Assembly: GCA_964450845.1 (NCBI GenBank)
Contig: CAYVGZ010000039.1
Span: 1 to 15,025 of the forward strand
DNA from: an uncultured Candidatus Bathyarchaeia archaeon
GTDB taxonomy: Archaea; Thermoproteota; Bathyarchaeia; Bathyarchaeales; Bathycorpusculaceae
Length of the DNA: 15,025 bases
Direction of reading: 5' to 3'
Below, piece by piece: positions 14,907 to 15,025 of the stretch. A program made the translations under genes and the position numbers. The notes beneath the pieces were generated by a model that was given only the letters and a program-made list of their open reading frames with translations, did no database searches and had not been told where the DNA came from. How positions within the stretch are numbered: position 1 is the first letter of the stretch; every line of letters begins with the position of its first letter.

Positions 14907-15025
14907 TCAGCTTCTTATTGATAGGTATGTCTTGTAGGGTTTGAAGCCAACCTTAGAATACGCTCGAACTGCTGGAGCATTGTCCGCTATGACATGAATC
15001 AACGCAATCGGAGACCTCTTCAAAA
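14907..15025 (-). CDS. 3' end of a GNAT-family N-acetyltransferase (runs off the window)
   Basis: LKRSPIALIHVIADNAPAVRAYSKVGFKPYKTYLSIRS* contains the GNAT motif-B pattern N.PA...Y.K.GF. Confidence 0.75.
   Translation of the reverse strand, partial: LKRSPIALIHVIADNAPAVRAYSKVGFKPYKTYLSIRS

Overview
Archaeal DNA, most likely Bathyarchaeia. This is inferred from TATA/BRE promoters, GGTGA/GAGG Shine-Dalgarno sites, several IPEF/VPEL C-terminal sorting signals, NurA/HerA and an archaeal AAA ATPase. It looks like an accessory, recombination-scarred region. Apparently intact genes: a small winged-helix protein convergent with a RelE-like protein; three secreted PEF-CTERM-type surface proteins (782-aa degenerate beta-propeller, 391-aa DOMON/CBM9-like, 744-aa seven-blade propeller plus beta-helix); a 2-gene nurA-herA unit whose NurA carries a winged-helix insertion; a membrane-anchored hypothetical protein; and the 3' end of a GNAT gene. 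Features missed by the ORF track: (i) two or three remnants of the extreme C-terminus of a tyrosine integrase (GFEYVC...FRKRK-like), two of them followed at the same 40-nt spacing by a conserved 50-60 bp element with a third copy at 9.85 kb; (ii) pairs of 16-bp palindromes (consensus GTATGGGTACCCATAC) on both sides of the ATPase gene, whose natural start is out of frame because of an A8 run; (iii) a diverged ~90-bp repeat with a conserved closing stem at 0.1 and 8.4 kb; (iv) orphan surface-anchor modules and a truncated MazG-like gene. No rRNA, tRNA or CRISPR array was seen. Family assignments come from motif recognition by eye, not database searches.
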